Assembly: GCF_008831285.2 (NCBI RefSeq)
Contig: NC_045138.2
Coordinates: 22,196,001-22,260,000, forward strand
DNA from: Nymphaea colorata
Lineage: Eukaryota
Length of the DNA: 64,000 nucleotides
Direction of reading: 5' to 3'
Every line of letters starts with the position of its first letter. The first letter of the stretch is position 1. This document shows positions 60,597 through 64,000 of this stretch, one piece after another. The notes beneath the pieces were generated by a model. The model was not told where the DNA came from and ran no database searches. It was given only the letters and a program-made list of their open reading frames with translations. The position numbers and the translations under genes are program-made.

Positions 60597-63500
60597 CTTG
60601 GTACCAGTGCAGCTATGAACATAGGTGCAAAAGAAGGGCTGGGGGAAGCTTCGGCTCGCATTCAGACAGTGGGAACCTTCATGGTCACCTAAAAACCTGA
60701 AAATCCAAGTAGGGATGCGTGCATTTGCAAGGACGACTCCCTCTATCGTGCTTCCTTCCAAAGCTATATATAGAACCATTGCAGTCCAGAAGTTCACAAA
60801 CAAATTGAAAATCTGAACTACCATACTAATTAATTAAGACATGGCTATGCTGTAAGATATGAACCTGAGTTTCTTTTGAGAAAGCAATAGGACGGAGGCA
60901 ACAACATGTGAAGGTAAAATGTCCGAAATCCTACATCTACCAAAAGACCCACAAAAATGTCATAATGGTCAAGCCTGAGCTTAATGTAGAACAGCCTAAA
61001 GTTATTGTGATTATGTACCGAAGCCATATGTGTTGCTTAAGCTTACTCATGCACGTAAAAACTGATGGTTGACATACTTTTTCTGAACTGTGAGCATAAT
61101 GACATTCATTCAAATTCACATTTGAAAACAATATTGCCTAATTAATGTATATTTCTAGTCAACTATGTAAAGTTCAAGTAGTGGACAACAGAAAAGGAGA
61201 ATCATACAATAAACCCTTGCGTATGATGAAAAATTCAGTCAACTAGTGCAACTAGTGTTGCAACTATATATGTTCAAAAAAGAAACAACAACAAGACCTC
61301 TTAAGGAATAAGCTCAATGAGTTGCATCAGGAACTAGCTTAATCCCTTCCCTTGCACACAAGGCTCCAACGAAAGTTCATAAACATATATAATAGGTATG
61401 TCTTCGACTATGAAGTCATATTGCAGCAATGGACTTGACGTTCATCCGAATCGTTGCTCAGAGTTTCTATACAATGTGCTTCAGGAGAAACAATTTTCTG
61501 CATTTGATCTTCTATTTATCAGTTATGCATTCTGGTCTACATGGACGTTCATATTAATTAAGCTGAAAATCTCAGGCGGCTTAGGCTGTTACACTACTTA
61601 AATAATTAAAGACTATATACAAAATTCACATACATGTTTCCAAGGAATTAAAAAAGAAAAAAAGAGGAGACAGACAAATATGTAATTTTAAGGACTGATT
61701 GGCATTAGTAACACATTGTTACTGTCTCATGAACCTGTCTAAAAAAATGGAGCAGATTCATAAAACAGTGTAAAGCCTCCAATGAGTCTAACCAATTTTT
61801 AGGTTAGATGCATGAGACGGTAACATAATGTTTCTGTTTCCAAACGACACCTTAGTAGACATTGAATGTGCTTGCCGTAGGAAACAAACCACCAATTCCT
61901 GCCTTCTAGACATAGTGTGAGTCCAGGATGTAGAGAAGATAAGAGCATGACATAAGGGTTCTCCCAAAAACTTGCAACATAGCACTTTGTCACTAGAGCT
62001 GTTGAATGAAGGAATCAAATCAATAAACAACAAAAAAGTTGGTTACAAAAATATGATTATAAATGACACTCTAAGCAAAGGGAAAGATTGTTTGAATGGA
62101 CAAGCAATGGCATAATCTAAAGCAGGCTCTTCTTAGTTCACTTCCAAGTTTATAATGGAATATAGCTGTACCCTCAAATTTGTATAGCTAGTTGGACTTA
62201 CGTTAAAATAGGAAATTGGCACTACGTTAGCTTATGCTTGCTTCTGGGCAACAAACTAATTCAAATTTATCTATGTCACATGGTTCACTAGGCTACTTGT
62301 GTCATGCCCATGGTTATTGGTCCCTATGCATTAGCATCAGACGTGTGCATAATTCTTTGATCATTTCATCTGGATAATTGTATGATCTTAGTCTAGATAT
62401 CATATTGATATCCGGAATTTGAAGGATGAAATTGAATGTTACTCGTAGGAGAATGCCACATTATCGCTGAAGTATAAATTTGTAGCATGGATATAATTGC
62501 TGTAGCCCTATCTCTATAAAACCGCTTATAGTTTGATGTCTATAAGCCCTTTCAGAGAGGCTATCAGGAGGTTAACTGAGTAAGGGAGAATATAGATGAG
62601 CAAAAGTTCTCTCTCTCTCTGTCTGCTATATTTGAGAACATATATCCCATGGAAATTTCTCTATGCAAACATATCAATTAAGTTCTGCTACAAAGATAAT
62701 TCCGATTGGAAAAATTAGTTATGAAAATGTGTTAGCAACTTAGGTTTATGCTGAATTTGTTCATTCAGCCATGGGCTTGCTTGGAAAAGGTTGCATCCTA
62801 TGAATATAAAACATGCCTGCAATTCATGAACTAATAAGGATGTAAAAGACTCATCTCAGACACGTTACAAGAGGTAGCACCAAGGAGATCATATTCAAAT
62901 TTGGGGACTCCACACATTTACATGGTTCCTTTCTTTCTAGGCCCCATGATGGGAACAGCAATTTGACCTTCATCAAGGCTCTAGACCTTTCATTGGAAGA
63001 AAGATTAGAAGCTAAACCATGTTTTGCGTTTGAACTGTGCTTATTAGAACTCAAATAAGCGTAAAATAATGCTGCAGAGACATAATCTCCATAATCTAAT
63101 GATTATATTTCGATGTAGTTTGAGAATCACGGTATTGTCTTTCATGCTTCAACCCACAATTGATGCACCTTGGTTTTACCTCACTAGGTGTGTCATTGCC
63201 CCAATTATGATTCACGTGAAACGTAATTTCTTAGATAATGACATTTATCATGCATAAAGTTGATGACCAATTTAAGTATCAAATGAGTTCTTTTGTTTGT
63301 ATAATTAATGAAGTATGGTTATAATTATTCTAGTTTCTTGTAGCATATTAAGAATAGCATGTAAATTTTCCTCCAAAAAAGAAAAAAAAATGACGAGCAT
63401 TAGTGATGGCCATATTTATTGGACAATTACAGAACTGTACATCAGGGCAGCATTACATGCATGTGTAAGAATATTTCTAAGTTTACGTCTATTTTAAAGT

Positions 63501-64000
63501 TGGAATTCACTTTAAAAGCCAATCGAACTTTTGAAAATTCTTGTTAGAGCTCAAGATTTTTAGAAACAGATGAGAAGGAATTAAGATGCCGCCTTTGAAT
63601 GTTTGACATTGGCTGAAACTACAAGGAAAGCCTATTAGTAGCTTGATCAGAAATTTAGATACGTAATTTATATGTTCTTCATTTGTCTACGGAAGTTGCG
63701 AAAAAACCTACATTTTCTACAGGTAAAATTTTGTTAAATCTCATTTCAAGAGAGAATCTTACCAAGAATAAACCCTATGACATTTTTAACACTTTTGCAC
63801 AAAATTTTAAAATTATATTTTAGTAGGTATACCGTTGCAAATGCAAAATATAAGAAAGATGTATGATGACTACAAAAATAAGTATAATGAATTTTCAAAA
63901 CTATACTCGATTCTGTAAAATCGTGATATTTACAAGTATTATTTGTGATACATGTCCCAAAACATTTATTTTATATGTTAAGAATCGAGTTTGATGACAA

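Overview
Flowering-plant nuclear DNA (spliceosomal introns, LTR/LINE/hAT elements, (AT)n tracts). Main content: (1) a three-exon F-box/LRR/FBD pseudogene (2300-4133) enclosed by ~1.1-kb inverted repeats that start within tens of bases of its start and stop codons; (2) a tandem array of intronless LYK5/LYK4-type (LYR class) LysM receptor pseudokinases. Two copies are intact (7204-9204, 31124-33109), one is disrupted by two frameshifts and a very young Copia element (14009-20824), and a 3' remnant of a fourth copy is interrupted by an older Copia; (3) a small uncharacterised minus-strand ORF (35278-35610); (4) a LysM-RLK-related cytoplasmic pseudokinase with no ectodomain (47877-49127); (5) a six-exon TKPR1/DFR-like reductase gene (52749-59724) that needs a GC-AG intron. 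The rest holds a truncated L1-type LINE, a third degenerate Copia, hAT transposase remnants and MITEs, and many short tandem duplications. All alignments were done by eye; no database searches were run.
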